Shown here: positions 20,443 through 29,827 of the stretch, piece after piece
How positions within the stretch are numbered: position 1 is the stretch's first letter
How the letters are laid out: each line of letters starts with the position of its first letter
From: a virus
Lineage: Duplodnaviria; Heunggongvirae; Uroviricota; Caudoviricetes
IMG/VR virus record: IMGVR_UViG_3300042892_001069
Length of the DNA: 64,000 bases
Direction: 5' to 3' (one strand)
Notes under the pieces: model-generated
What the model saw: the letters and a program-made list of their open reading frames with translations, nothing else
The model's database searches: none
Told to the model about the DNA's origin: nothing
Position numbers and translations under genes: made by a program

Positions 20443-21360
20443 TTAAGCGTTGTCGATTAATAACGAATCTGCTGTTGCCGCTGTCATGTTCCACTTAACA
20501 GATGTACCTGTTACAAATGCTGTTTGTGTACCTGTACCGCGAGTAATTACAGCTTTACGGCTTGTAATTTTAGTAGCAAAATATGTGCCATCATCTGTGT
20601 CAACTAAACGAACACTACCTTCGCCAGCGGCATCGGCTAATGAACCTGTTAGTTTAACAATACCAGTAAGTGTGCCATCAGTTACTTTGAAACGGTTAGT
20701 AGATACTTGTTTCTTAATATCAACTGATAGTGCTGATCCGCCAGTTAAGAATGCTGTCATTAAGATAGCATTTTCTTGATTTCCAGTTGTGCTAATGTTA
20801 CCGCTGTCAACTAACATGTTAACTGAAGTAGCCGTTACTGATTGTGTAAATGTTGGAGTTGGTGCGGCTGTGTATCCAGAACCTGCTTCTGTAATAACAA
20901 CTGCTTTAGCACGGAATGCTAACACTACTGTTAAACCAGCGCCTGCGCCGTTTGATGTAGTAGTTTGAGCACCGCTTGGCAATGTAGTAAAGTTACCACG
21001 GCTACCACCAGTGAAGTCAAATGTTAACGCATCGTCGCCGCCTGTGCCACCAATTGTAGCAACACGCAATACTGCGTCTGTACCGTCAACTGTTACTAAT
21101 TGACCAACTGTATAACCAGTTTGTGTACCGCCAACTGTTGTTACGCTTTCAACTTCAGAAGTGATAGTACCAGTAGCACGAACACCACCTGGTAATTTAG
21201 GTGTGTTGGCAAATGTAATTGTTGGGCGAGTTGTATATGCGCCTAATGCGTTTAATGTAACACTAGCAACTGCTCCGCCGCCAATGCCATCATCAGTTGT
21301 TACACTTGTGGAACCAGTATTACGGTTACCAAAATATTTTTTATTTAAAGGACGTCCCAT
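20443..21360 (-). CDS. Virion structural protein (305 aa), possibly a head decoration or fibre protein
   Basis: MGRPLNKKYFG N-terminus, Gly/Thr-rich with GSGYT.APT motifs, strong AAGGAG RBS, directly downstream of the major capsid gene. Confidence 0.7.
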   Translation of the reverse strand: MGRPLNKKYFGNRNTGSTSVTTDDGIGGGAVASVTLNALGAYTTRPTITFANTPKLPGGVRATGTITSEVESVTTVGGTQTGYTVGQLVTVDGTDAVLRVATIGGTGGDDALTFDFTGGSRGNFTTLPSGAQTTTSNGAGAGLTVVLAFRAKAVVITEAGSGYTAAPTPTFTQSVTATSVNMLVDSGNISTTGNQENAILMTAFLTGGSALSVDIKKQVSTNRFKVTDGTLTGIVKLTGSLADAAGEGSVRLVDTDDGTYFATKITSRKAVITRGTGTQTAFVTGTSVKWNMTAATADSLLIDNA

Positions 21361-21455
21361 TTTATTTTCTCCTTAAGAAAGATAGCGTTCTAGGCTATAC
21401 GCGGTTGGATTTCCGCATAAAATTCACCCGATGTGAATCATACAAAGTATTTATC
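21361..21455 (-). promoter_or_regulatory. Late promoter (GATAAATA, 21448-21455) plus a three-hairpin 5' leader
   Basis: GAUUCAC-AUCGG-GUGAAUU, UAUGCGG-AAAUCCAA-CCGCGUA and AUAGC-CUAGAAC-GCUAU, followed by AAGGAG. Confidence 0.55.
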
Positions 21456-21465
21456 AGTTCAAGAG

Positions 21466-21487
21466 AAAGGGCTCCAAAGAGCCCTTT
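21466..21487 (-). terminator. Intrinsic terminator after the major capsid gene
   Basis: AAAGGGCTC-TTTG-GAGCCCTTT followed by CTCTT. A second GAAA-tetraloop hairpin lies at about 21493-21514. Confidence 0.8.
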
Positions 21488-21514
21488 ATAATTAACAACC
21501 TTTCGGTATGTTGA

Positions 21515-22681
21515 TTAGCTAAACTTAACGTTACCGTCAGTGATAGCAACTTTACCTAGGTAGTCAGCTGCATTACCTAAAGAACTAGCTGTGTTTGACA
21601 ACTCAACATAACCATAACGTGTCATGAATGATACGACTGGTTCAAATGTTGATGGATCAAGTACAACACCACTGCTCATCAATGGAATGTATGGGCAATA
21701 GAACGCTGCCGCATCAGACTCTGATGAACCTTTGTAACCGATCAATACTGCTGTACTGTCTTGTGCGTAGCTGTTTACATATACTTTCATTGCTGAGTTC
21801 AATGTACCAACAAACTTAGTGTTTGTAGGAGCTTCAAATGTACCTTCTGTTGTACGAGCAAATGCGCTTGTAGTAGCAGATTGTAGAATTGTTAAAGCAA
21901 ATGGACTTACTACTGCCCAGTTACCAGCACCACGACGTGTACGCTGAGCGATCAAGTTGCTTACGCGATTGATCTGAACAGCTAAAGCGGCGTGTTCGTC
22001 ACCAACGAATGTAGCAGTACCGCTTACAGCAGCCTGGTCATAAGTTTGTGAAGCTGAACCAGCTAAACTTGCTAAACTAGCAAGAATTTCTTGGTCGATT
22101 TCAGCTGTGATTTCTTGTGCTAACGCAGCCATAACTTCTGCTTCGATGTCAATACCTTGTTGAGCTTGAGCATCTTGTGCAGCTTCAAAAGTCCAACGAG
22201 CTGATAGCTTGCGGGTCTTAGCTTCTACAGTTTGCTTCAAGATCTGAATTGACATACGCTTACCTGCAGCACCTTCAAGAGTTGCTGTAGAGGCTGCTTT
22301 TGCTGGATCAGCATCGTTGCCTGAATAAGCTTCAGCAATTTTGAATGGGCTTAGTGCCTCTTCACCGGCTGTTACACCAGTTGCTGAGTCAGCGTAACGC
22401 ACACGTAATGTGTGAATTTGGCCAACTGGGCCAGTCATTGGTTGTACACCAACTAACTCGTTAGCGATAACGGTTGGCATAACGCGACGGATCACTGGAA
22501 GGATCACGCGATTTAGTGTTGCGACGTTGCCGGCAGAAGTGGCACCAGCAGTTGGGGATTCCATCAAATACTTGCGAGTATTGTCAAGTGTAACACCCAT
22601 TACTGATTTTTTAGTGCCTGATAAGCCTTCTAATAGGGCTTCTTTAGTTTCTGCCCAACGGCCATTAAGTAGTTCTGACAT
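21515..22681 (-). CDS. gp23: Major capsid protein, T4 gp23-like
   Basis: GVQPMTGPVGQIHTLR, VEAKTRKLSARWTFEAAQD, EITAEIDQEIL, AFYCPYIPL and SFMTRYG motifs. Confidence 0.97.
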   Translation of the reverse strand: MSELLNGRWAETKEALLEGLSGTKKSVMGVTLDNTRKYLMESPTAGATSAGNVATLNRVILPVIRRVMPTVIANELVGVQPMTGPVGQIHTLRVRYADSATGVTAGEEALSPFKIAEAYSGNDADPAKAASTATLEGAAGKRMSIQILKQTVEAKTRKLSARWTFEAAQDAQAQQGIDIEAEVMAALAQEITAEIDQEILASLASLAGSASQTYDQAAVSGTATFVGDEHAALAVQINRVSNLIAQRTRRGAGNWAVVSPFALTILQSATTSAFARTTEGTFEAPTNTKFVGTLNSAMKVYVNSYAQDSTAVLIGYKGSSESDAAAFYCPYIPLMSSGVVLDPSTFEPVVSFMTRYGYVELSNTASSLGNAADYLGKVAITDGNVKFS

Positions 22682-22692
22682 TTAATTTCTCC

Positions 22693-23790
22693 TTAAAATT
22701 TTAGTCCAGCTAGGCGACGGATATCAACGATATTGTTGTCTACCTCGCTGCTACGGTTGCTGTTGGAAACTTTGTTTCCGGTAATTTCTTTAGCCTCTAC
22801 TAGTGCCTGTTTCTTCTGCGGAGCTTTACCACCAGAAATAACTGATGGAAGATACTTTTCAAAACTTTCGTTTAGTCGAGTAGTCTTTACACTCTCCATT
22901 AATTCACCCATGATATCACGTTGCTCTGTGTTTAGAGGAGCAAGTAATTCACTCATGATTTGTTTTCTTGTCTGTGCTTCTTTCAAAGACACAATTTCTG
23001 CTTGTTTACTTTCTACTAGAGCAACAGCGTCTGCGGCAGCTTGCGCGGCTTCAGCAATTGCTAACTCTTTCATGTCTATGACCTTGAGTAATTTTGCAGT
23101 TTCTGATTTCTCAGAAAGGTAACTAGTTTGATATTCAGAAGCAAAAGCTTCAAATAACTTACGACCGAAGTCGTTTCTACGAGCGGCATCAATGTCTTCT
23201 TTCAATGATGATAGTTCAGCGTTTAAGCTTTCACTAACAACACGATCGACCATTCCTGCTGCACGTTCTACAAACTGTTGTTTAACTTTCTTAAGTTGTT
23301 CGCGACCTTCGCGAACTAAACGAACTTTGGTTTGAGCCAAGTCTTGTTTGTCTTTGTAAAATTCTGTAATTTCTTGAGCAAGAGCTTCTACTACGAATTG
23401 TTCTAATTTACCAAACTTGCTAGCCATAACCTTTTGATCTTCATGTAGCTCTGTAACTTCAGAAGCTAGTTGGCGTGTTACGAATTGCTTCATAACTGCG
23501 CTTTCTGTCTTCATCTTCTTAGCATACTTGACTTTCATTTCGGCTAACTGCTTGCGGTCGTCAGCAAATTCAACAAGCTCACTAGCTAATTGGTCTGTGA
23601 TCATGCGATCAACAGCTTCAATCATAGTGTTCTTGTCATGCTCATACTTCTGAGCAAACTCTTCGCGTAATTGAACAGCCACTTCTTCTCGAGCTTCTGT
23701 AATTCGGCTTTCGAAAGCGGTTTCAATTGACTCTCTGATCTCTTCTGAAATCACATTGTTCTCAAATAACGATTTTAGTGCATCCAACAT
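22693..23790 (-). CDS. gp22: Prohead core scaffolding protein, gp22-like
   Basis: Glu/Lys-rich coiled coil located between the protease and capsid genes, with a GRKLFEAF motif. Confidence 0.8.
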   Translation of the reverse strand: MLDALKSLFENNVISEEIRESIETAFESRITEAREEVAVQLREEFAQKYEHDKNTMIEAVDRMITDQLASELVEFADDRKQLAEMKVKYAKKMKTESAVMKQFVTRQLASEVTELHEDQKVMASKFGKLEQFVVEALAQEITEFYKDKQDLAQTKVRLVREGREQLKKVKQQFVERAAGMVDRVVSESLNAELSSLKEDIDAARRNDFGRKLFEAFASEYQTSYLSEKSETAKLLKVIDMKELAIAEAAQAAADAVALVESKQAEIVSLKEAQTRKQIMSELLAPLNTEQRDIMGELMESVKTTRLNESFEKYLPSVISGGKAPQKKQALVEAKEITGNKVSNSNRSSEVDNNIVDIRRLAGLKF

Positions 23791-23805
23791 GTGTGATTCT
23801 CCTTA

Positions 23806-24447
23806 TTATTGGAGTTTGCTTATTATATTTAATAAGCTCTCTTTGAGATATTTCTGTGCCTTAGGATCACCCTTCACCTCTTGCGCTATGCGTAAGGCAT
23901 TTACTCCACCACGACTATTCATCAGGTGTTCATAAATTGGTGTTGGATATGCGCCAGGCGCACTAGGTTGAGCCACCATATCTACTGTGATGATCTCAAA
24001 ATCTGATACTTCACCGGATCCGTCATCTTTGACGTTCCCGGATCCGCGACTGCTAACACCTAATTTCACGCCGCTTTCCAGCATTGTGCGAATTAGTTGT
24101 CCCATTGGGGTCGGTAAAATTTTCAGTTTACCATAACCATTAGGACCGTCCATCCACATATTTGTTATCATGTGGCTGACTCGGTCTAGGTTAATTTTTA
24201 GATCATCTGGATGATCTACTTCTCCGAGAACTGAATAACCGTTTTGAATCTGATCGTTTAGGGTCTTGACAGCCTTGCCAATCTCATTCACAGGGTAAAC
24301 ACGCTGGTTAGCGTTACGTATACCGCCCTGGATACAAATCCCGGACATGTATAAGCTCTTCCCGTCTTTGTCATCAGACTCAACGATCATTTTTGCTTCG
24401 TTGAAACTGAGATTCTCTCGGAGATATAACATATTTTTCAATGTCAT
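23806..24447 (-). CDS. gp21: Prohead core protease, gp21-like
   Basis: NANQRVYP, GEVDHP, LDRVSH, LGVSSRGSG and DMVAQPSAPGA motifs. Confidence 0.95.
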   Translation of the reverse strand: MTLKNMLYLRENLSFNEAKMIVESDDKDGKSLYMSGICIQGGIRNANQRVYPVNEIGKAVKTLNDQIQNGYSVLGEVDHPDDLKINLDRVSHMITNMWMDGPNGYGKLKILPTPMGQLIRTMLESGVKLGVSSRGSGNVKDDGSGEVSDFEIITVDMVAQPSAPGAYPTPIYEHLMNSRGGVNALRIAQEVKGDPKAQKYLKESLLNIISKLQ

Positions 24448-24454
24448 CTTCTAA

Positions 24455-25321
24455 TTAATTACGGCCACCGATAAGACTTCTCTTATCAACACCGCCTACT
24501 TCGCCTTTACCTTTTTTCTCAGCGCCGTGACCTGGTTCACTTTTCTTGAACGCTGTCTTGCCTGCGTTGGAATCTTTACGGTTATGGATCTTGCCTAGTC
24601 CGCTGGTTAAGTCTCCAGCTTTAGTACTAGCTAAACCACCTTCAGTGCCGCCCTTCTCTGTTGAGAATGACTTGGCAATGTTAGCACTTGTGCCACCCAT
24701 TCTGTTTGGCTTGGCTACAGCTGAACGTGTGTTAACACCGTTGTCACCGTGCTTTGGAAGGCCAACTTTCTTTGTGTATTCAGCAATCATGCTTGGATCC
24801 ATCTCTGGATTTTCCATTTCTAGGTCATCTCCGCCCATTGCGTCCATGTCATCTCCGCCCATTGCGTCCATGTCATCTCCGCCCATTTCGCCTTCTTCGT
24901 CAGCCATTAACTGTTCAAATTCAGCTTTTAATTCGTCTAATGCGTCTTCTAGGTCCATGACACGGTCTTCCATGTCGCCACCTTCTGCGTCATCTTCTTC
25001 GCTGGCAAACGGATCTTCTTCGCTGTCTGCGTCCATGTCATCTTCTTCGCCTTCTGCGTCATCGGCTTCTGCGTCATCTTCAGAATCATCAGCACCAAAT
25101 GGATTTGCTTCTGTATCTTCTTCGTCATCCATTGACTCATCTTTTTGGTCTTTGTCATCTTCATCATCACCGTCGGCTTCCATGAAGTCACTTTCTAAAA
25201 GTTCTTCATAGATTTCGCGTGATTTTGCTACTACGATGTTGTGGAAAATTTCTTTTGCTGTTTCTTGATCTTCGTTGATCAATGCCTCTAGCATGGCTTC
25301 AAATTGGGTACGGTCAGTCAT
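24455..25321 (-). CDS. Highly acidic prohead core/scaffold-associated protein (gp67/68 position)
   Basis: Asp/Glu-rich N-terminal half and basic C-terminal half, CAGGAG RBS, located between the portal and protease genes. Confidence 0.7.
   Translation of the reverse strand: MTDRTQFEAMLEALINEDQETAKEIFHNIVVAKSREIYEELLESDFMEADGDDEDDKDQKDESMDDEEDTEANPFGADDSEDDAEADDAEGEEDDMDADSEEDPFASEEDDAEGGDMEDRVMDLEDALDELKAEFEQLMADEEGEMGGDDMDAMGGDDMDAMGGDDLEMENPEMDPSMIAEYTKKVGLPKHGDNGVNTRSAVAKPNRMGGTSANIAKSFSTEKGGTEGGLASTKAGDLTSGLGKIHNRKDSNAGKTAFKKSEPGHGAEKKGKGEVGGVDKRSLIGGRN
24824..24887. repeat. 24-bp tandem repeat, about 2.7 copies, encoding MGGDDMDA
   Basis: GTCATCTCCGCCCATTGCGTCCAT occurs twice exactly, plus a partial third copy. 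Confidence 0.9.
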
Positions 25322-25434
25322 TGTTAGATCTCCTGTGAATGATGGTTATACAAGGCTGTATTATATTTACACTTTAATTACAAAAGCGGTACGATATAGC
25401 CTAAAAACGACTAGTTTTTATTAAATCGAGTTAT

Positions 25435-25671
25435 TTATGCCGCCGGTGCCGGCGTTGCATACATTGTATTAATAAAACTTAATTCTGTTTCTTGTTCTAG
25501 GATGTGTGCTTCGCTTGATTTGCGAAGTTGGTTGATTTGACGTAGTGTCAATCTAGTTTTGCGAGTATCACTTCTCTTAACTACACCTGAGTCGCGTTTA
25601 GGATCATACCGCATGTCGTTAGCAGTATGTCGAGTATCAGGGTCAATATAAAATAATTCTCTAAGGATCAT
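25435..25671 (-). CDS. Hypothetical head-module protein (78 aa)
   Basis: MILRELF...DTRKTRLTLRQINQLRK, located between the portal and core genes. Confidence 0.75.
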   Translation of the reverse strand: MILRELFYIDPDTRHTANDMRYDPKRDSGVVKRSDTRKTRLTLRQINQLRKSSEAHILEQETELSFINTMYATPAPAA

Positions 25672-25678
25672 GATGTAT

Positions 25679-27424
25679 TTATGCGGCAGGTGGTGTAGCT
25701 GGACCTGGAGCCACTGCTGGAGCCATTCCGCCAGCGGCGGCTGCTCCGTCTATGTCACCTTCCATACCGTCAGGTGCTGTTAAATCGCCCGACATACCTA
25801 AGTCGCCTTCAATACCTGCGGCACTAAGACCTGCTGAACGTAATTCACCTGCTGCATCAGTGTATGTTGGTTGTCCTTTGCCACTCTCTTCGCCCCACAT
25901 GCGTTCGTTTTCTGCTACTTCTTCGTCTGTTAGACCTAAGAAACGCTTTAACGCAAAGCGTTTTGACATGTAAGGCACTGCTTGAATGGTGTTAAATGTG
26001 TTAATACGTTCACCGTCAAGCGCACTTTGACGTGTACTTGCGAAGTTTAAAGGCGGATTAAACTTCAATTCAAACAAACTTGAATCAATGTTTAGACCTT
26101 TGGCGCTCATATACATTTTAAATTCTTCGTCAAACACTGATGTTACAAGACTTTGTAAGCGTTCACAGTACTTGTTAAAGCGTAGTTCTTGAATATAAGC
26201 TGTACCAACGCGACCGTCATTGTAACTTGCTTGACTATCATCTGCGCCTGTTGGCAAATAGCTTGATGGGATGCGTAAACCGCGGAATAACTTGTTGGTA
26301 AAGTACTTTAAGTCATCAATCTCACCTAAATTAGTTCCGCCAGGTAATGTTTCTACTTTACTACCACGACCTTCTGCTGTTTGCGGAAAGAAATAGTCCT
26401 CGTTGATACTTAAAGGGTTATATGCTGAGTCAATAACGTTTTGTCCGCCACCTGTTTGGCTTGGAATACGTCTTTGATGTATTTCATTTTTAACACGTTC
26501 TACAAATGCCATGGCTAAATGGCTTGGCATATTACCTACATCAATATGGAATACACGTCTTTCTGGAGCACGTTGTATACGATATATTAAAATAGCATCT
26601 TCTAATAGTTCTTTTTGTTTGTAAACTTTAAAGATATTCTCTAATAAACTATTGCCAAACGGAAAGTTGTTGTCTAACCCTTCGCTTAAACTTAAATGTA
26701 CAATGTGCTCAGCATCAATTGCGTGTTCTGTTTCAGTTGTACCAAAGCGACTTCCGCTTGAGCTACTAGGATATGGTCCTGAACTACCTTTTTGTGCGCC
26801 TTGTTGTCCAAGATAACCTGCTCCGCTAGTAATGCCGCCGCCTGATTGACGTGGATTGATATTAGGAGTGATTTGTGTAGCAACTAAATTTTCAAAGTTA
26901 GGTGCTAGATCTTTAATAACATATTGCTCAGGACTTTTACCATTACTTTCGTTTACAATGATTTTAACAATTTTACTTGGATCAACGTAAGACCATTTTT
27001 GCGTTTCTGGGTCACGAATAAAGAAAGCATCGCCATATTTGAATGTGTTCCGCATAATACGGAAGATGCGTGTGTCAAAGAGTTGTATTTTAGTCCACTG
27101 TTGCATGTATTCAGCTAGAATACGTATTTCAGCGTTGGTAGCACGATGTCTCCAAGTGACACTAAATGGAGTTTTACCGTCTTTTAATTTTTGTGTACAA
27201 AATTCAGCTAGAATATCTAATGCCGCGTTGACTTCCGGATCACTATCCATTACTTCGTACTGCTGATAGCGTTCAATACGATTGGGACTACCTGAGTAAA
27301 CATCGGGAAGATAGCTACTGTAGTTTGATTTAGCAGGTCCAGCTTTGCTGTTATTTTCAGAACCAGAGATTGGACTTAAAGAAGACCCCACTGGTACTGG
27401 CGTAAAATACTTTTTCCAACTCAT
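25679..27424 (-). CDS. gp20: Portal vertex protein, gp20-like
   Basis: LLEDAILIYRIQRAPERRVFHIDVGNMP, EDYFFP, VETLPGGTNLGEIDD and ELRFNKYCERLQ motifs. Confidence 0.97.
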   Translation of the reverse strand: MSWKKYFTPVPVGSSLSPISGSENNSKAGPAKSNYSSYLPDVYSGSPNRIERYQQYEVMDSDPEVNAALDILAEFCTQKLKDGKTPFSVTWRHRATNAEIRILAEYMQQWTKIQLFDTRIFRIMRNTFKYGDAFFIRDPETQKWSYVDPSKIVKIIVNESNGKSPEQYVIKDLAPNFENLVATQITPNINPRQSGGGITSGAGYLGQQGAQKGSSGPYPSSSSGSRFGTTETEHAIDAEHIVHLSLSEGLDNNFPFGNSLLENIFKVYKQKELLEDAILIYRIQRAPERRVFHIDVGNMPSHLAMAFVERVKNEIHQRRIPSQTGGGQNVIDSAYNPLSINEDYFFPQTAEGRGSKVETLPGGTNLGEIDDLKYFTNKLFRGLRIPSSYLPTGADDSQASYNDGRVGTAYIQELRFNKYCERLQSLVTSVFDEEFKMYMSAKGLNIDSSLFELKFNPPLNFASTRQSALDGERINTFNTIQAVPYMSKRFALKRFLGLTDEEVAENERMWGEESGKGQPTYTDAAGELRSAGLSAAGIEGDLGMSGDLTAPDGMEGDIDGAAAAGGMAPAVAPGPATPPAA

Positions 27425-27435
27425 TCATTTATCCT

Positions 27436-29766
27436 TTAGCCAAATCTATTGCCATTTAACCCGTCAATGCCACCTGCTGTCTTTTCAGCGTGACCTGCGG
27501 TTCGAACAAGCGCATCAAGACTTTGTGCTGTTAGCTTATTTAAGTTATTTAAAGCATTTAGTACGTCACTATTGAATGAATCTGTAGCTACTGGTGGAGC
27601 AATATTAGTTGGTTCTTCAGCGGTTACTGGTGTTGCTACTGCTGATTCAGGAGGTTTGGACGATTGCGCCATAGAGGATGTAGCATTTTTTAAGTTACTA
27701 ATCATATCTCTGGATGCTGATGCCGCTGAATTGTCGGCCGGTGGTATCATAGACTTAGCCATATTGGCTAACTGTCCCGGATCAGGCTGTTTAATATTAC
27801 CAATCATGCTGGTAAGTTTCTTATCATCAAAGCCGCTTGGCATCTTCATATTGCTAAACGTACTAGACATCTGCTTTTGCATATCGCCCATCATTGGAGT
27901 CATTTGCTTCTGCATGTTTTCCATCATTGGAGTCATTTGCTTCTGCATGTTTTCCATCATAGGTGTCATTTGCTTCTGCATGTCCCCAAACATCTTACTT
28001 GGATCCATTCCTCCAGTTAATGATTTAACATCAATAGCTGGCGGTTTTAATCCGGCCATCATTTTATCTAGGCCTGCTTCTCCGCCAATGGCATCATATT
28101 TTTTAGCCTTTGACGGATCTAATACGTTTTCACCCTTAGAAATATTAACAGTAGCATCTTTTGGTTCAAATCTTGAATCAATTTCACCCTCAGTTCCAGT
28201 ATGACGTTTTGGATATAAGTTTGGAACCCTTGGTGTATTTTCAGTTTGTTGTTGCCCTAATGGTTTTTGACCTGTAGCAGGGTTGCCTGCTATTTCCCCA
28301 GAGGTGTATCTGCCGCCACCAATTTTTCCAGTTACTTCATTTAACTTGCCGGCAAAGTTATCTAACCCTTTGATAACTCTTCTAATACCCTCAACTTCGA
28401 GATTAATCATTTCATCACGAACTCGAGTATTTGCTTGATTGCCTGCAGCTAATGCTTCATCACCGGCTCGTCTGTTGCCATTAGCATCAACGCCTGCCAT
28501 AGCTCTATTTGTTTGTTCTTTACTGTATGCCGCCACTTGTTGTGGGTCGCCTGACATGCCTTGTCGTTGAAGATCGATAGATTGTGCTTTTTCTTTTTGT
28601 AAGTTTGGCATTCTTTCTTTCATTAGTTCTAACATTGCTCCGTTAGTACCAGTTTGCCCACCTCGGCGTTCAACTTCTGCCATCTGTGTAAATTCTTTTG
28701 AACGCATTAAAGTGTTGACTTCAATCTTTGCCGCTTCAAGACGCATTTCTGCTGCCTTTTTCTCTTCTGGTGATCCGCCACGCTCGGACACTGCTTTTAG
28801 ATTTCTAACAGCATCACTAAATTCAACACCCTGTGACCCTAGAGCACCTTGAGTCATAACTGCTTTGTCGCCAGTTACTCCCATATCAGACGATGCTTCA
28901 AGGGCAAGATTCTGTAATGCCGGACCAAGCCCAACCAACTGCGGCATAAGATCACTCAGTGCTTCATTTTGTTTTTCATCACCTTCTAAACGCATTAATT
29001 GCATTTGAAGACTTTCGTTCATAGCACGATTTTGTTTGTTAATTACATCTGTACTTAAACCTGTTTCTTGACTTTGACGAATAGTGTTTTCCGTCATTTT
29101 CTCAAGAGATTTTATTGCAGCATCTTTTGCTTTTTTATCATTTAAATCTATATTACCGTTTTGAGTAATCCAAGTATTAGTATAGGTAGCAAGCTGGTCC
29201 GATGATAAGCCAAATGTTGATTGTAGCTGTTTAGCAACGTCTGTCTTTTTAAACTCGTCTTGAAAGCTGGTTAACTTCTTCATAGCTTCGCCACTTTGTC
29301 CAGCTAGACCAAGTGTGTTTTTAGCCATGTCCTCTTGCTGTTTTGCAAACTGCTCTTGTGATAATCCACTTCGAGCACGAGTTTTTTCCATGTCTAGCAA
29401 GCCGCCAGTGAACGCAGTACCAGCGTTCAATTGCTTTTGATAACTGTCAACTGATCCTGTTACAACTTTATCCACAGCTCCAAATGCTGCCACTGCGCTG
29501 TTTGCGCCAATTGGTAGTTTACCTAGTGCCGCGCCAACTAACCCAACAGCACCAGCGGTAGCTGAGCTTGTACTACCAAGTTTGCTAACCCCTTCAATTC
29601 CGGAAGCAAGGGCTTTATCCAAGCCGGCTATAAACCCAAAGTTCATGCCCGAGGGTGAAGCAGAAGGAGTGGGAGAAGATGAAGTAGATCCACCTTTTCC
29701 GCCTATTGCTTTAGCAATAGATTCTGAGAATTCGTCAACGGTCATATCAGCAACTTTTGTTACCAT
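27436..29766 (-). CDS. Tape-measure-like protein (776 aa)
   Basis: Ala/Gly/Met/Gln-rich helical composition, an HTGT...KGENVL motif of the kind seen in tape-measure C-termini, and a position divergent from the chaperone gene. Confidence 0.6.
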   Translation of the reverse strand: MVTKVADMTVDEFSESIAKAIGGKGGSTSSSPTPSASPSGMNFGFIAGLDKALASGIEGVSKLGSTSSATAGAVGLVGAALGKLPIGANSAVAAFGAVDKVVTGSVDSYQKQLNAGTAFTGGLLDMEKTRARSGLSQEQFAKQQEDMAKNTLGLAGQSGEAMKKLTSFQDEFKKTDVAKQLQSTFGLSSDQLATYTNTWITQNGNIDLNDKKAKDAAIKSLEKMTENTIRQSQETGLSTDVINKQNRAMNESLQMQLMRLEGDEKQNEALSDLMPQLVGLGPALQNLALEASSDMGVTGDKAVMTQGALGSQGVEFSDAVRNLKAVSERGGSPEEKKAAEMRLEAAKIEVNTLMRSKEFTQMAEVERRGGQTGTNGAMLELMKERMPNLQKEKAQSIDLQRQGMSGDPQQVAAYSKEQTNRAMAGVDANGNRRAGDEALAAGNQANTRVRDEMINLEVEGIRRVIKGLDNFAGKLNEVTGKIGGGRYTSGEIAGNPATGQKPLGQQQTENTPRVPNLYPKRHTGTEGEIDSRFEPKDATVNISKGENVLDPSKAKKYDAIGGEAGLDKMMAGLKPPAIDVKSLTGGMDPSKMFGDMQKQMTPMMENMQKQMTPMMENMQKQMTPMMGDMQKQMSSTFSNMKMPSGFDDKKLTSMIGNIKQPDPGQLANMAKSMIPPADNSAASASRDMISNLKNATSSMAQSSKPPESAVATPVTAEEPTNIAPPVATDSFNSDVLNALNNLNKLTAQSLDALVRTAGHAEKTAGGIDGLNGNRFG
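27868..27987. repeat. 33-bp tandem repeat, about 3.5 copies, encoding MQKQMTPMMEN
   Basis: CATTTGCTTCTGCATGTTTTCCATCATTGGAGT units. Confidence 0.9.
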
Positions 29767-29790
29767 TATATTTTCCTAAAAATATGCGTA

Positions 29791-29816
29791 TATAAATACT
29801 ATATGATATATTTATC
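29791..29816. promoter_or_regulatory. Two oppositely oriented late promoters: TATAAATA (+, 29791-29798) and GATAAATA (-, 29809-29816)
   Basis: T4 late consensus TATAAATA in the 61-bp gap between divergent genes. Confidence 0.7.
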
Positions 29817-29827
29817 CGGAGTCAAAT

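Noticed and set aside
24824-27987. Tandem repeats as a possible CRISPR or guide array
   Set aside because: The units are 24 and 33 bp (multiples of 3), contiguous with no unique spacers, and in frame within proteins.
256-29779. Numerous 60-220 aa plus-strand ORFs (for example 4909..5526, 24546..25211, 27572..28204)
   Set aside because: They lie antisense to long genuine genes and are the expected shadow of biased codon usage. They show no RBS or recognisable motifs.
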